Of a stretch of 64,000 bases of DNA, positions 9,328 through 19,084 are shown one piece after another (within the stretch, counting starts at the first letter, position 1; every line of letters begins with the position of its first letter). The stretch lies in NCBI GenBank assembly GCA_038227875.1, contig JBBRPR010000016.1, positions 92,139-156,138 on the forward strand, written 5' to 3'. The notes beneath the pieces were generated by a model, which had not been told where the DNA came from, made no database searches, and was given only the letters and a program-made list of their open reading frames with translations. The translations under genes and the position numbers were made by a program. Source of the stretch: Planctomycetota bacterium. Lineage in GTDB: Bacteria; Planctomycetota; SZUA-567; H5-PLA8.

Positions 9328-9509
9328 GTGGGCGACCTTGGGGAAAATTGCTAAAAGTTTTGCGATAACTAATGATCAGGCTGAATAGAATTTTGAGCGA
9401 GATCTCGCTATTGCGATGGCTGGGTTGGAGAAATTGTTACTGCAATGTCCGTGTTGATTCTTGTCAGTGAGTTGTTAACGTTTGAAAATCCAATTTCTTA
9501 AAAAGTGAA

Positions 9510-10028
9510 ATGAATATGTCACCTCTGGCCTATCTTTTCATGATCTCAATTTTGGCCCTTGGGGGTATCGGAGTATTATGGTACTTCTCGAGGAACAAGC
9601 GGTATACGCGGACGGTAAAGATTCTAGGCATAGTGTATTTTTTAATGCTATTTGGTGTCCACGTTGGCTATCTAGTTTCTGCTTTGTCCCAATCACAGAC
9701 ACCACCTGTCCTCCAAATCGCAAATAGTACGCTTCCAATTACCGCGCCCTCGACGATTCCCGCTGGAAAATATACCCTTGTGATTGAGGTCCGCAAAGAT
9801 GCGAAGCAGAGTGCAGTGACTTCAAAAATAATAATGGATTTGACGGAGAGCGGTGCTCACTGCAACGTCGCTCACGATCTTTCGGTCATTGCCTTTGCGC
9901 ATCTTGCCCAATCGTACGCCAACGATCTACGAGAAAAGATTGCTCGAGAAGGTATTTCTGCGCGTGTTATAGAAGATGATCCCAGCCCCAACTATGAGCC
10001 GCTCAAGAGTACAACGGCTGAAAAGTAA
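9510..10028 (+). CDS. AT-rich membrane-anchored hypothetical protein (2 TM; C-terminus possibly SPOR-like)
   Basis: Two N-terminal hydrophobic segments, a Pro/Thr linker and a small alpha/beta C-terminal domain; low GC. Confidence 0.6.
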   Translation: MNMSPLAYLFMISILALGGIGVLWYFSRNKRYTRTVKILGIVYFLMLFGVHVGYLVSALSQSQTPPVLQIANSTLPITAPSTIPAGKYTLVIEVRKDAKQSAVTSKIIMDLTESGAHCNVAHDLSVIAFAHLAQSYANDLREKIAREGISARVIEDDPSPNYEPLKSTTAEK

Positions 10029-10561
10029 ACTATTCTGATGGCACGGCCTTGTTTCCAGTGCCGTAGGCAACGCCAATTGGCCAGACCATTTTTGCTCGTC
10101 CTGCCCATATACGGCACATAGTGGTTGAGAATCAACGTCAACGCACTCATTCAGCCCCATGTGTTAATTAGGCACCACGAAAGATTTACGAATAAAAGTA
10201 AAGAAAAGTTTGCGTTGAATCTCCATAAGCAACAGTCACTTACATCAATTAGAGAAGTATTAGCCTGCGCCCCATTTGACGGCTTGACGATGGATATGAT
10301 ATGAGGAACGAAGCTTCCCGATGCGCGTTGTCAGACGCTGGGTTTGGGGCCCGCGAACGCAATTGAGAAGCAAGCAGCGAAGTTTGGTCCGTGTGTGTTC
10401 GCTGCGCAGTTGGTTTCAGTGCGGTGCAGACATCTTGGTTCCGGGTATTGGATACGCGGAACGTCGGCGCGTTGATTCTGCTGAGTGCAGCATCAGCCGG
10501 GCTGCGGAGACGCAGTTCGTAAAAAGCCGGCCACTTCACTGGGCGAGGCCGTAGACCCGAA

Positions 10562-12664
10562 ATGGGTACTCACAGCAGCACAGTCATTCAAGTTCCACTT
10601 CCTTCCGCAAGCAAATCCACCCATCCCAAAAAACGGCGCAACTGGAAGAACATTTTCCGTTACGCCAGCGGCGCCGTCGATCCGGAAGCCACCACCGACG
10701 ATCCGCGCGTGGCTCCGGTCACCCGGAGTTCCCTGAGGCGATTTTTCGAATTCGTCCGCCCGCACAAAACGCTGGTCATGCTGCTGGTCGGCTGCACGCT
10801 GATCAACCAGGCCATGATCGTCGTCATGCCCGTGGCGATCGGCCGCGTGATCGACAAGGTGCTGCCGGCCAAGGACATGACCCTGCTCAACGCCACGGCC
10901 ATCGGCTTGGCGGTCTTCCTGGTCGCACGCTCGTTCTTTCTCTGGTGTGAACGCGAACTGGGCGTGCTGGTCGGTTCGCTGATCGTCCGCGACGTCCGCA
11001 CGCGCCTGCACGAACACATGCAGACCATGTCGCTCAAGTTTCTCGAGGACTATCAAGTCGGCCGCATCGTTTCGCGCATCATGGGCGATACGGAATCCGT
11101 ACGCAATCTGCTCATCGGCGGCTTCATCACCAGCGCTTCGAACGGGCTGCGCTTCATCTTCGTGCTGGCGACTCTTTTCTGGATCGACTGGCGCCTGACG
11201 CTGATCAGTCTGATCACGCTGCCGTTCTTCATGGTCGGATTCTGGTTCTTCGTGCGCCGGCTGCGTCCCGCGTACAAGGAACTGAGCGAAGACGGCTCGC
11301 GCCTGTGGGCGACGGCGAGCGAAACGTTTTCGGCTGTCCGGGTCGTCAAGACCTACCGCGGCGAACACCGCGCCGATTCCGGATTCACCGGCCGCGTTCA
11401 CACGATCCTGCGCAAGACGTTGCTGATCTGCCGCACCCATCACCTGATCGCCGTGATCTGGGAAGCCGCCGTCTGGGCCGGCCTGGTCGCGATGATCTGG
11501 TACGGCGGCCGCCGCGTGATGCTGGGCCAGATGAGCGCCGGCGAACTGGTCGCGTTCTACGGCCTGATTGGGCAGGTCCACGGACCGGTCGCGGAACTGA
11601 TCAACGTTTCCGGAACCGTCCAGCAGGCCATGGCTTCGATCGAACGCATCGGCGAAGTCCTCGATCGCAAGCCGGAAATCGCCGATCACCCGCTGGCGGT
11701 GGAAGCGCGCGAACTGAAGGGTGAAGTCACGTTCGAGAATGTCTCGTTCACGTACGAACGGTCGGCCGCGTCGATGCGCGCCAGCCAGGTCACGGCCGAG
11801 TCGCTGGCGGCCAAGGGCGCCTCACCGGCAAGCGTCGAACTACGCGCGCCGAAGTCGACGCTGGCCGGCGTCTCGTTCCACGTGCGGGCCGGCGAGAGCA
11901 TCGCGCTGGTCGGTTCGTCGGGTTCGGGCAAAAGCACCATCATCAATCTGCTCGCGCGCCTTTACGACGTGGGCGCCGGCGCGATCAAGGTCGACGGCAT
12001 GGACATCCGCGATTACCGCCAGGCATCGTACCGCAAGCACTTGGCGCTGGTGCTGCAGGAGAATTTCCTCTTCCGCGGCACGATTCGCGAGAACATCCGT
12101 TACGCGAAGCCCGACGCCACCGAAGAGCAGATCATCACCGCCGCGAAAATGGCCGGCGCGTGGGAGTTCATCTGCGCGCAGGGCAAGGGCCTCGATTCGC
12201 TCTGCGGCGAACGCGGCGTGAAACTCTCCGGCGGGCAGAAGCAGCGCATCTCGATCGCGCGCGCGATCCTGGCCGATCCACGCATCCTGATTCTGGATGA
12301 GGCCACCAGCGCGCTCGACAGTCAAGCTGAAGCCCACATCCAGGAAGCGCTCGACGTTCTGATGAAAGGCCGCACCACGTTCATCATCGCGCACCGGTTG
12401 TCGACCATTGTCAACGCCGACCGGATCCTCGTGATGGAGAAGGGCCGCATTGTCGAAATGGGCACGCACGAAGAACTGCTCGTGCGCGAAGGCAAGTACT
12501 TCGACATGTTCATGGAACAGTACGGCAAGGTGAAGTTCAACGGCAACACGTCCGAAGCCATTGGACGCTGGCGCCAGAAGAAGGCCAACAATTGCAGCAA
12601 GCAGAGCGGGCGAGCGACCGCCGTAGTCTCCGCACCGCAGGCATCCAGCCTGCAAGGAGTCTGA
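10562..12664 (+). CDS. ABC exporter, fused TMD-NBD (MsbA/Sav1866-like)
   Basis: TM domain; Walker A GSSGSGKST; signature LSGGQKQR; ILILDEATSALD; IAHRLST. Confidence 0.93.
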   Translation: MGTHSSTVIQVPLPSASKSTHPKKRRNWKNIFRYASGAVDPEATTDDPRVAPVTRSSLRRFFEFVRPHKTLVMLLVGCTLINQAMIVVMPVAIGRVIDKVLPAKDMTLLNATAIGLAVFLVARSFFLWCERELGVLVGSLIVRDVRTRLHEHMQTMSLKFLEDYQVGRIVSRIMGDTESVRNLLIGGFITSASNGLRFIFVLATLFWIDWRLTLISLITLPFFMVGFWFFVRRLRPAYKELSEDGSRLWATASETFSAVRVVKTYRGEHRADSGFTGRVHTILRKTLLICRTHHLIAVIWEAAVWAGLVAMIWYGGRRVMLGQMSAGELVAFYGLIGQVHGPVAELINVSGTVQQAMASIERIGEVLDRKPEIADHPLAVEARELKGEVTFENVSFTYERSAASMRASQVTAESLAAKGASPASVELRAPKSTLAGVSFHVRAGESIALVGSSGSGKSTIINLLARLYDVGAGAIKVDGMDIRDYRQASYRKHLALVLQENFLFRGTIRENIRYAKPDATEEQIITAAKMAGAWEFICAQGKGLDSLCGERGVKLSGGQKQRISIARAILADPRILILDEATSALDSQAEAHIQEALDVLMKGRTTFIIAHRLSTIVNADRILVMEKGRIVEMGTHEELLVREGKYFDMFMEQYGKVKFNGNTSEAIGRWRQKKANNCSKQSGRATAVVSAPQASSLQGV

Positions 12665-12748
12665 GGTAAGCGTCAAGATGCGCGCCGGCAAGATGCCGGC
12701 GCTACAGCTTCCGGACTTGAGAGGGGCTCGTCACCGAGTCGATTCACC

Positions 12749-13879
12749 ATGAAAACCATTTCGCTGCTGCCGATCGTGCTCACCGGCATCGTTGGCGGCG
12801 TCTTTCTGATCCAGATCCATACCGTGCCCACATCCATCAGTGTAAGCCCGTCCGCGCGCGGACAGGTGGAAGCCGTAAACGCTCCAACCAAAACGGAATC
12901 GCCGGCGGCGACTGCGCCGTTGACGGTCCGCCCTGCGCCGGAATTCCGCCATGAACCGGCGCTGCTCTGCATTCCCGGCCGTATCAAGGCCAACCGGGAG
13001 CTGGACATCAAGAGCAAGACCTCGGGCCAGGTGCTCACGGTCGCCGTCGATGTCGGCGACACCGTCAAGCCCGGACAACTGCTGGTGGAACTCGACGCCA
13101 CCGACGCGACGCGCTCCGTGCAGCGCGCCGAAGCCACGCTCGCCGCCTCGCGCGCGCGTCTGGCGCAGGCGCGGGACAACCTGGACATCGCGCAGATGTC
13201 GCTGAGCGCCCTGCAGACGCGCGCGGGCGCCTGCGTGAAATCGGCTTCCGCGAAAGCCACGCGCGCGCGCAGCCGCGCCGACCGCTACAAGGCGACGATG
13301 CTGAAAAACGTGATCAGCCAGGAAACGTACGAAGAAGCGGAAGCCGGCGCCGTGGAAGCCGCCGCCAACCTGGAGCTCAGCCGCGTGCAGCTCTTCGACG
13401 TCAAGACGCAGGAGCGCTCGCTGGAACTCCGCCGCGAAGATGTCTCGTGCGCCGAAGCGCAGGTCACCATCGATGAGATCACGCTGAAAGACGCGCAGCA
13501 GCGCCTGGCCGAGACGAAAATCCATGCGTGCATGGAAGGCACCGTCACCGCGCGCTTCGTTCAGCCGGGGCAGATTGTGTCGGCCGGTTCGTCGAGCGCC
13601 GAGACGCGGCTGCTGACGATTCTGGATTTCTCGCGCGTCTTCGTCACCGCGTCGGCCAGCGCCAGCCAGTTTGGCCAGCTCAAGGTCGATCAGGCCGCGA
13701 CGATCCGCACCGAAGCGTGTCCCGACACCACGTTCACCGGAAAAGTCGTGCGCGTCTCACCGCGCGCCGCGGGAACAGACGTGACGTTCGACGTCAAAAT
13801 CGAAGTCCTGAGCGAGAACCGCACGCAGCTGAAGTCCGAGATGCCGGCCTGCGTGGAGATCGCGCCGCTCTCGCATTAG
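12749..13879 (+). CDS. Efflux periplasmic adaptor (MFP, HlyD/MacA family)
   Basis: Lipoyl-like VDVGDTVKPGQLLVELD, coiled-coil hairpin, FTGKVVRVSP. Confidence 0.88.
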   Translation: MKTISLLPIVLTGIVGGVFLIQIHTVPTSISVSPSARGQVEAVNAPTKTESPAATAPLTVRPAPEFRHEPALLCIPGRIKANRELDIKSKTSGQVLTVAVDVGDTVKPGQLLVELDATDATRSVQRAEATLAASRARLAQARDNLDIAQMSLSALQTRAGACVKSASAKATRARSRADRYKATMLKNVISQETYEEAEAGAVEAAANLELSRVQLFDVKTQERSLELRREDVSCAEAQVTIDEITLKDAQQRLAETKIHACMEGTVTARFVQPGQIVSAGSSSAETRLLTILDFSRVFVTASASASQFGQLKVDQAATIRTEACPDTTFTGKVVRVSPRAAGTDVTFDVKIEVLSENRTQLKSEMPACVEIAPLSH

Positions 13880-13896
13880 TCGCATCGTGGCTCCAA

Positions 13897-16827
13897 CTAC
13901 TTCAACTCCGCCGTGATGGCCTTGCGGAGGCGTTCGAAGTCGTCGATGCGCAGGCCGCTGAAAGACTCGGTCACGGCGCCTTCGGCGTCGAGCTTGCCGA
14001 ACGTGCGCGTGACTTTGACGGCGCTCTCCGCGAGTTGTTCGAGCTGCCGGCGGGCGGGATCGTCTTTAAGCAGATTGCGCTTCTCGGCCAGCAGGTACAG
14101 GTACTCCACGTCCTGCTCCGCGCGCCGGTACGCTTTCAGCCGCAGGGAAGGGCAGGCGCCGGTGATGCCGAACTGCTTGCCGCTGTAGATGACGCAAGTG
14201 TCCTCGTACTTGGTCCAATTGCCGGAGTTGCCCAGCGTCAGCCACGGCACGAATCCGCTGACGCCGCTGGTGTAAAGATCCAACGCGCGCGCGCAGGCAT
14301 CCAGCGCACTCGAGGTCGTCCGCTCGGCGCCGCCGTAGGTCCAGATGTCCTGATGGTAGCGTTCGCGCCAGTCTTCCAGCCAGGAGCGATAGCCGCCGAA
14401 ACCACCACTGACATTGACGTCGATCAGGCCATCCAGCGTGTCGCGGCCGGATTCGGGACGCGAGATGTCGGCGCGGAAGAGCACGCGCGAACGATCGCCA
14501 TTTTGAGCAGCGCGGAGCAGCTTGCTGAAGAATGCAAGCGCGTGGTAGTCGTCGATGTGGTTGGGTTCGTCCAGCAGCCAGAAGCTGACGCCTTTTCCCG
14601 CGCCGGTCTTCGGCTTATACTGCTTGTAATAATACTTGTCGTTGAGGTAGATCTGGAACTTCGTCTTCCAGCCCTTCTCTTTGACGTGCTGATCGAACTC
14701 CCGCGCCACGGCCGTCCACTGATCCTTGTAGTCCTGCGAGAAGCCTTCGTCGATCGGGCCGGCGACTTTCCAATGCTCTTCCCATTTGGCGTCATTCCAT
14801 TTGTAGTCGGTCATCGGTGTGGGGTAATGCTCGGCCAGAGGCAGATAGAAGTGGTCGACGCCCACTCCGGCGCGCGGCGTGTCCTTGAAGGCGCTGCCGT
14901 CGAAGAGCGGACCAAAACGCTTGTCCCACGCTTCCCAGGAAATGACCTTCATGTCCTTGCCCTTGCCGGCCAGCGGCCAGTGCGTGCCTGCTTCAAAATG
15001 CGCGCTGTGTCCGTAATGGAGAATGGCCAGATTGGTGCGATGTTCGTGCGCAACCGTGTAGAAGGATCGCTCCGCCTGCAGGAATTCCGCGCTGTCCTCT
15101 TTGCCAAATTCATTGCCCGGCGACGAGTACGCGTTCATCGACCAGACAAAATGCGCTTCGTCCGGGATCACGGCGTTGCCGACCGCGAGGCTGATCGGCA
15201 ATTCCACCGGATCGGCGTTGGCGGCCTGGACGCTGATGGTGCCAGAATACGTGCCAGGCTTGGCATCCTTCGGCACAAAGAAGTCGACGTAGACGGTCTG
15301 GTTTTTCTGGCCCGGCACTGCGTTTTTTTCGTTCGGAATCGTGAATGCATCGCCGGCTTTCAGCGGCAACAGCGGATCGGGATACCAGCCCTTCTCGTCC
15401 TTGCCCGCCTTTTGATACCAGAGTAGCGACAAGCGCACCGACGCAGCGGGAATGACGCCGCCATCGGGTCCCTTCAGATCACCCGGCTTGACCGTCCAAG
15501 CCGTGCCGTCCTTCTTATTCTGACAGACCAATTGGAAGGCCGCCCATTCTCCGCGCAACGAATGCAGCGAAACGGTTTTCGTCGCGCCGCTCCATGCGGC
15601 GTTGGCTTGGCTCCACGTTCCGGCCGGATCCTTGGCGTACGCGTCGGCGGATTCTTCGTAGACGTTGTTCGTGATGGGATTCACTTTGGCGCAATCGGGG
15701 ACGACCCAGACGATTCCCGAATCGTTCTCCGGCGGCTTCCCGGGATTGAGCACCGCATTGAACGTCTCGAGCGGAAGCTGAGCCGGTTTGGGGTAGGCCG
15801 CGGAGACCTTGCCCTTGCCGGAACCTTTCGCAGCAATCTTTCCGCCGCGGGTAATGATCGTGACTTCGACTTCAGTCTCCGCGTCCACGGGCTGATGCCG
15901 CAGCAGCGCGCGCACGGGTTCGCCGGGCTTGCCGGGGGAGGGTACTTTGAAGCGGGGAATTTCCGCCATCGGCGTGCCGCCGACGGACGCGCGGATCACG
16001 TATCCCAGGATGGATTTCGCTTCATCAGCGTTGGCCGGGCCGGGCCAGGAGATTTCCAGACCGCCGGTGCTCAAGTCCGCGCCCGACTGCCACGGCTTGA
16101 CCGCCACAGTCAACGCGGCTGTTGCGACGTCTGGCGCCGGTTCCACTTCGACCACGAAATACGGCATCGCGTTATTCTGTTCGCGCGAGAAGAAATAATT
16201 GTTCCCGTTGTTGGTGTCCGGCACGACGTCCTTGTGGCCGTTGCCCGTCTGGCCATTGTCGTCGGAGCAGCAAATGCCGTGGGACAACCCAGCCGCGCAC
16301 GCTTCCATCAGGCGCCCGTCGAACTCCATGTCAAACCACACGTCGTCGTTGTGGGTGACATAACTTTGCGTCCAGATCGTGCCGCTCCGTCCGCCGTAGG
16401 CGTTGAGGAAATTCGAACTCGGTCCGCCCCACTTCTTGTCGCTGCCGAAATCGGGGCTTTCAAAACAGGAATCGCCTTTCGCGCCCGGCTTCGCGTCGCT
16501 GGAGGACGTCCCTTCGTTCCAGGCGACGGCGATGGTCGAGAAGCCCACCTTCCGCACCATGATATTTTTCTCCGTGCCTTTGATGTGAAGCACGGCGCGT
16601 TTGACGATCATGTTTTTCAGGGGCAGTGTGTCGAAGTCGAAGATCAGGAAATTCTGAATGCCCTTCATCTTGATCCGTGGCGACGTGCCCAGGTTGGACT
16701 TGGTCTCCGACGAATACGCGCAGATCGAATTGTCGGCCGTGATCGGAACCTTGACCTCACCGGCGCACGCATACTTTATGCACGCAAACACGACCAGGGC
16801 GAAAACCAGCGTCTTCAGGTTGTTCAT
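13897..16827 (-). CDS. Secreted DUF4091/GH123-like glycoside hydrolase candidate with N-terminal DNRLRE-like domain
   Basis: Signal peptide; ADNSI...LIFDFD...AVLHI N-terminus; LLDEP; C-terminal PSLRLKAYRRAEQDVEYL. Confidence 0.65.
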   Translation of the reverse strand: MNNLKTLVFALVVFACIKYACAGEVKVPITADNSICAYSSETKSNLGTSPRIKMKGIQNFLIFDFDTLPLKNMIVKRAVLHIKGTEKNIMVRKVGFSTIAVAWNEGTSSSDAKPGAKGDSCFESPDFGSDKKWGGPSSNFLNAYGGRSGTIWTQSYVTHNDDVWFDMEFDGRLMEACAAGLSHGICCSDDNGQTGNGHKDVVPDTNNGNNYFFSREQNNAMPYFVVEVEPAPDVATAALTVAVKPWQSGADLSTGGLEISWPGPANADEAKSILGYVIRASVGGTPMAEIPRFKVPSPGKPGEPVRALLRHQPVDAETEVEVTIITRGGKIAAKGSGKGKVSAAYPKPAQLPLETFNAVLNPGKPPENDSGIVWVVPDCAKVNPITNNVYEESADAYAKDPAGTWSQANAAWSGATKTVSLHSLRGEWAAFQLVCQNKKDGTAWTVKPGDLKGPDGGVIPAASVRLSLLWYQKAGKDEKGWYPDPLLPLKAGDAFTIPNEKNAVPGQKNQTVYVDFFVPKDAKPGTYSGTISVQAANADPVELPISLAVGNAVIPDEAHFVWSMNAYSSPGNEFGKEDSAEFLQAERSFYTVAHEHRTNLAILHYGHSAHFEAGTHWPLAGKGKDMKVISWEAWDKRFGPLFDGSAFKDTPRAGVGVDHFYLPLAEHYPTPMTDYKWNDAKWEEHWKVAGPIDEGFSQDYKDQWTAVAREFDQHVKEKGWKTKFQIYLNDKYYYKQYKPKTGAGKGVSFWLLDEPNHIDDYHALAFFSKLLRAAQNGDRSRVLFRADISRPESGRDTLDGLIDVNVSGGFGGYRSWLEDWRERYHQDIWTYGGAERTTSSALDACARALDLYTSGVSGFVPWLTLGNSGNWTKYEDTCVIYSGKQFGITGACPSLRLKAYRRAEQDVEYLYLLAEKRNLLKDDPARRQLEQLAESAVKVTRTFGKLDAEGAVTESFSGLRIDDFERLRKAITAELK

Positions 16828-16960
16828 GATGCCTCGCTAAAAGATTTTAATGTCTGTCATAATTTACACTGAAGCCGGGCAAATAGTCGTGGCAACTTTG
16901 GAGTTTCTCGCGACTTTTGCCTCGCAGAAACGGCACACCTGCGGCTCAACACGCCCCTCT

Positions 16961-16989
16961 TTGACAGCGCGCTTTCCAACTCATACACT
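16961..16989 (+). promoter_or_regulatory. Putative sigma70-type promoter of the MacAB-like operon
   Basis: TTGACA-17 bp-TACACT, 35 nt before the ATG. Confidence 0.65.
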
Positions 16990-17024
16990 TCAGTGGAGTT
17001 GCCCTGCCGGAGACCCCACCTCGA

Positions 17025-18377
17025 ATGCTTCGTTTTTTAATCGCGCTGATTGTTATTGGTGGCCTTGCAGCGGGCGGATTCTTCTTCTGGAAATCGCGGC
17101 AGCCCAAGGTCGATCCCCTCGCCGATAAAGTCGCGGTGGTGAAGGTCGAGAAAGGCAAGATCCGCGCCAGCATCTCCTCGACCGGCCGCGTCGTCTCGAA
17201 TCTCGACGTCGACATCAAATGCAAAGCCAGCGGAACGATCGTCCAGATCCCCTTCGACATCAGCGACAAGGTCAAGCCCGGCGACCTGCTCGTGGAGCTC
17301 GACCCCATCGACGAACAGCGCAATGTCAAGCAATCGCAGAATGGGCTGGAAGCCTCGCAGGCGAAACTCGAGACGGCCAAGCAGAACCTGATCATCGCCA
17401 CGATGAGCCTCGACACCGACCGCCAGCGCATGGAGCAGCAGATTCAATCGGCGAAAGTGCGCGCCCAACGCTCGCGCGAAAAAGCCGACCGCCTGAAGCA
17501 ACTGGTCACCACCAGCTACTCGGCCACCAGCAAGGAAGAATACGACACCGCGGAAGCGCAAGCCAATCAGGACGACGCCGACCTCAAGAACGCGCAGGTC
17601 CGCATCAACGAATTGAAGACCGAAGAAGCCGCGCTGGAAATCAAGCGCCAGGAAGTGCGGCTGGCACAAACCGACGTCGAAGGCGACCAGATCTCCCTGG
17701 CGATCGCCAACCAGCGACTCACCGACACGAAAGTTTTCTCGCCGATGAACGGCGTGGTCTCCGCGCGGCCGGTGCAGAAGGGCACGATCATTTCGTCGGC
17801 GATCAGCAATGTCGGTGGCGGCTCGACGCTGATGACGCTCTCGGACACGTCGCAACTGTTCATCCTTGCCTCCGTCGACGAGAGCGACATCGGCAACGTC
17901 AAACTCGGCTACCAGTGCGACATCTCGGCCGATTCCTTCCATGGCGTAAAGTTCAGCGGCAAAGTCGTGCGCATCGCGCCCAAGGGCGTCAGCGTCTCGA
18001 ACGTGGTGACGATCGAAGTCAAAATCGAAGTGCTGAGCCCCAATAAAAATCTGCTGATGCCGGAGATGACCGCCAACGTCGAAATCGTTTCGGCAGAGAA
18101 GGACGACGTGATCCGCATTCCGGCCGACGCCGTCACGCGCAAACACAAGGAGCGCTTCGTCCAGGTCTCCAAGCCCGTCGGCCCGCCGGAAGAGAAGAAT
18201 GACACGAAAGAAGAACGGAAAGTCGAAGTCGGCATCACCGACGGCGTCAACATCGAGATCACCGATGGCCTTACAGAAGGCGAAATGATCGTCGTGAAGA
18301 AGTCCGACGCCGACAGCCGCTGGAAAGCCTCCCCGCGCGCGCCGACGCCCGGCCAGATGATGGGCGGCCGGCGATGA
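17025..18377 (+). CDS. MacA-like periplasmic adaptor
   Basis: N-terminal TM, lipoyl halves, VDESDIG, VEVGITDG; coupled to the ATPase by an ATGA overlap. Confidence 0.9.
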   Translation: MLRFLIALIVIGGLAAGGFFFWKSRQPKVDPLADKVAVVKVEKGKIRASISSTGRVVSNLDVDIKCKASGTIVQIPFDISDKVKPGDLLVELDPIDEQRNVKQSQNGLEASQAKLETAKQNLIIATMSLDTDRQRMEQQIQSAKVRAQRSREKADRLKQLVTTSYSATSKEEYDTAEAQANQDDADLKNAQVRINELKTEEAALEIKRQEVRLAQTDVEGDQISLAIANQRLTDTKVFSPMNGVVSARPVQKGTIISSAISNVGGGSTLMTLSDTSQLFILASVDESDIGNVKLGYQCDISADSFHGVKFSGKVVRIAPKGVSVSNVVTIEVKIEVLSPNKNLLMPEMTANVEIVSAEKDDVIRIPADAVTRKHKERFVQVSKPVGPPEEKNDTKEERKVEVGITDGVNIEITDGLTEGEMIVVKKSDADSRWKASPRAPTPGQMMGGRR

Positions 18378-19081
18378 TCATCGCCGACGACCTGGTCAAG
18401 ACCTACACGCTTGGCGGCCAGACCGTCCGCGCGCTCGACGGCGTCACGCTGCGCATCGAGGACGGCGAACTGCTGGCGATCACCGGCGCATCCGGCAGCG
18501 GCAAATCGACGCTGATGAACATCCTCGGCTGCCTCGACCGCCCCGATTCGGGCAGTTATTCGCTCGGCGGCGAAGACGTCTCGCAACTGTCCGGCGATCG
18601 CCTCGCGGAGATCCGCAACCGGCACATCGGCTTCGTCTTTCAAAGCTTCAACCTGCTGCCGCGCATGAGCGCCATGGAAAATGTCGAACTGCCGCTGCTC
18701 TACCAGGGCAATCACGAAGCGCGCGCGCGCGCCGAAAAAGCGCTCACCACGGTGGGCCTCGGCGACCGCATGCATCACGAACCCAATCAGCTCTCCGGCG
18801 GCCAGCGCCAGCGCGTCGCGGTGGCCCGGGCGATTGTCACCGATCCCTCGATGATCCTCGCCGACGAACCGACGGGAAATCTGGACAGCAAAACCGGCGT
18901 CGAAATCCTGGCGCTCTTCAAGCGCCTGAACGACGAAGGCCGCACGATCGTGATTGTGACCCACGATTCGTCGGTCGCGCAGCACTGCAAACGCGAGATC
19001 GCGATGCGCGACGGAAAGATCCGCGACGAAATCCGCCGCGACCCCAATGCGGCCGCGCCCGTTCAGGCCACCGGACACTAA
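18374..19081 (+). CDS. MacB/LolD-type ABC ATP-binding protein
   Basis: GASGSGKST, GFVFQSFNLL, LSGGQRQRVA, ADEPTGNLD, VTHD. Confidence 0.95.
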   Translation: MIIADDLVKTYTLGGQTVRALDGVTLRIEDGELLAITGASGSGKSTLMNILGCLDRPDSGSYSLGGEDVSQLSGDRLAEIRNRHIGFVFQSFNLLPRMSAMENVELPLLYQGNHEARARAEKALTTVGLGDRMHHEPNQLSGGQRQRVAVARAIVTDPSMILADEPTGNLDSKTGVEILALFKRLNDEGRTIVIVTHDSSVAQHCKREIAMRDGKIRDEIRRDPNAAAPVQATGH

Positions 19082-19084
19082 GCG

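Noticed and set aside
8925..9500. rRNA operon start or replication origin
   Set aside because: No 16S or tRNA sequence follows the promoter, and no DnaA-box cluster was seen.
10300..10560. Riboswitch upstream of the ABC exporter
   Set aside because: No conserved aptamer motif or terminator was recognisable by eye.
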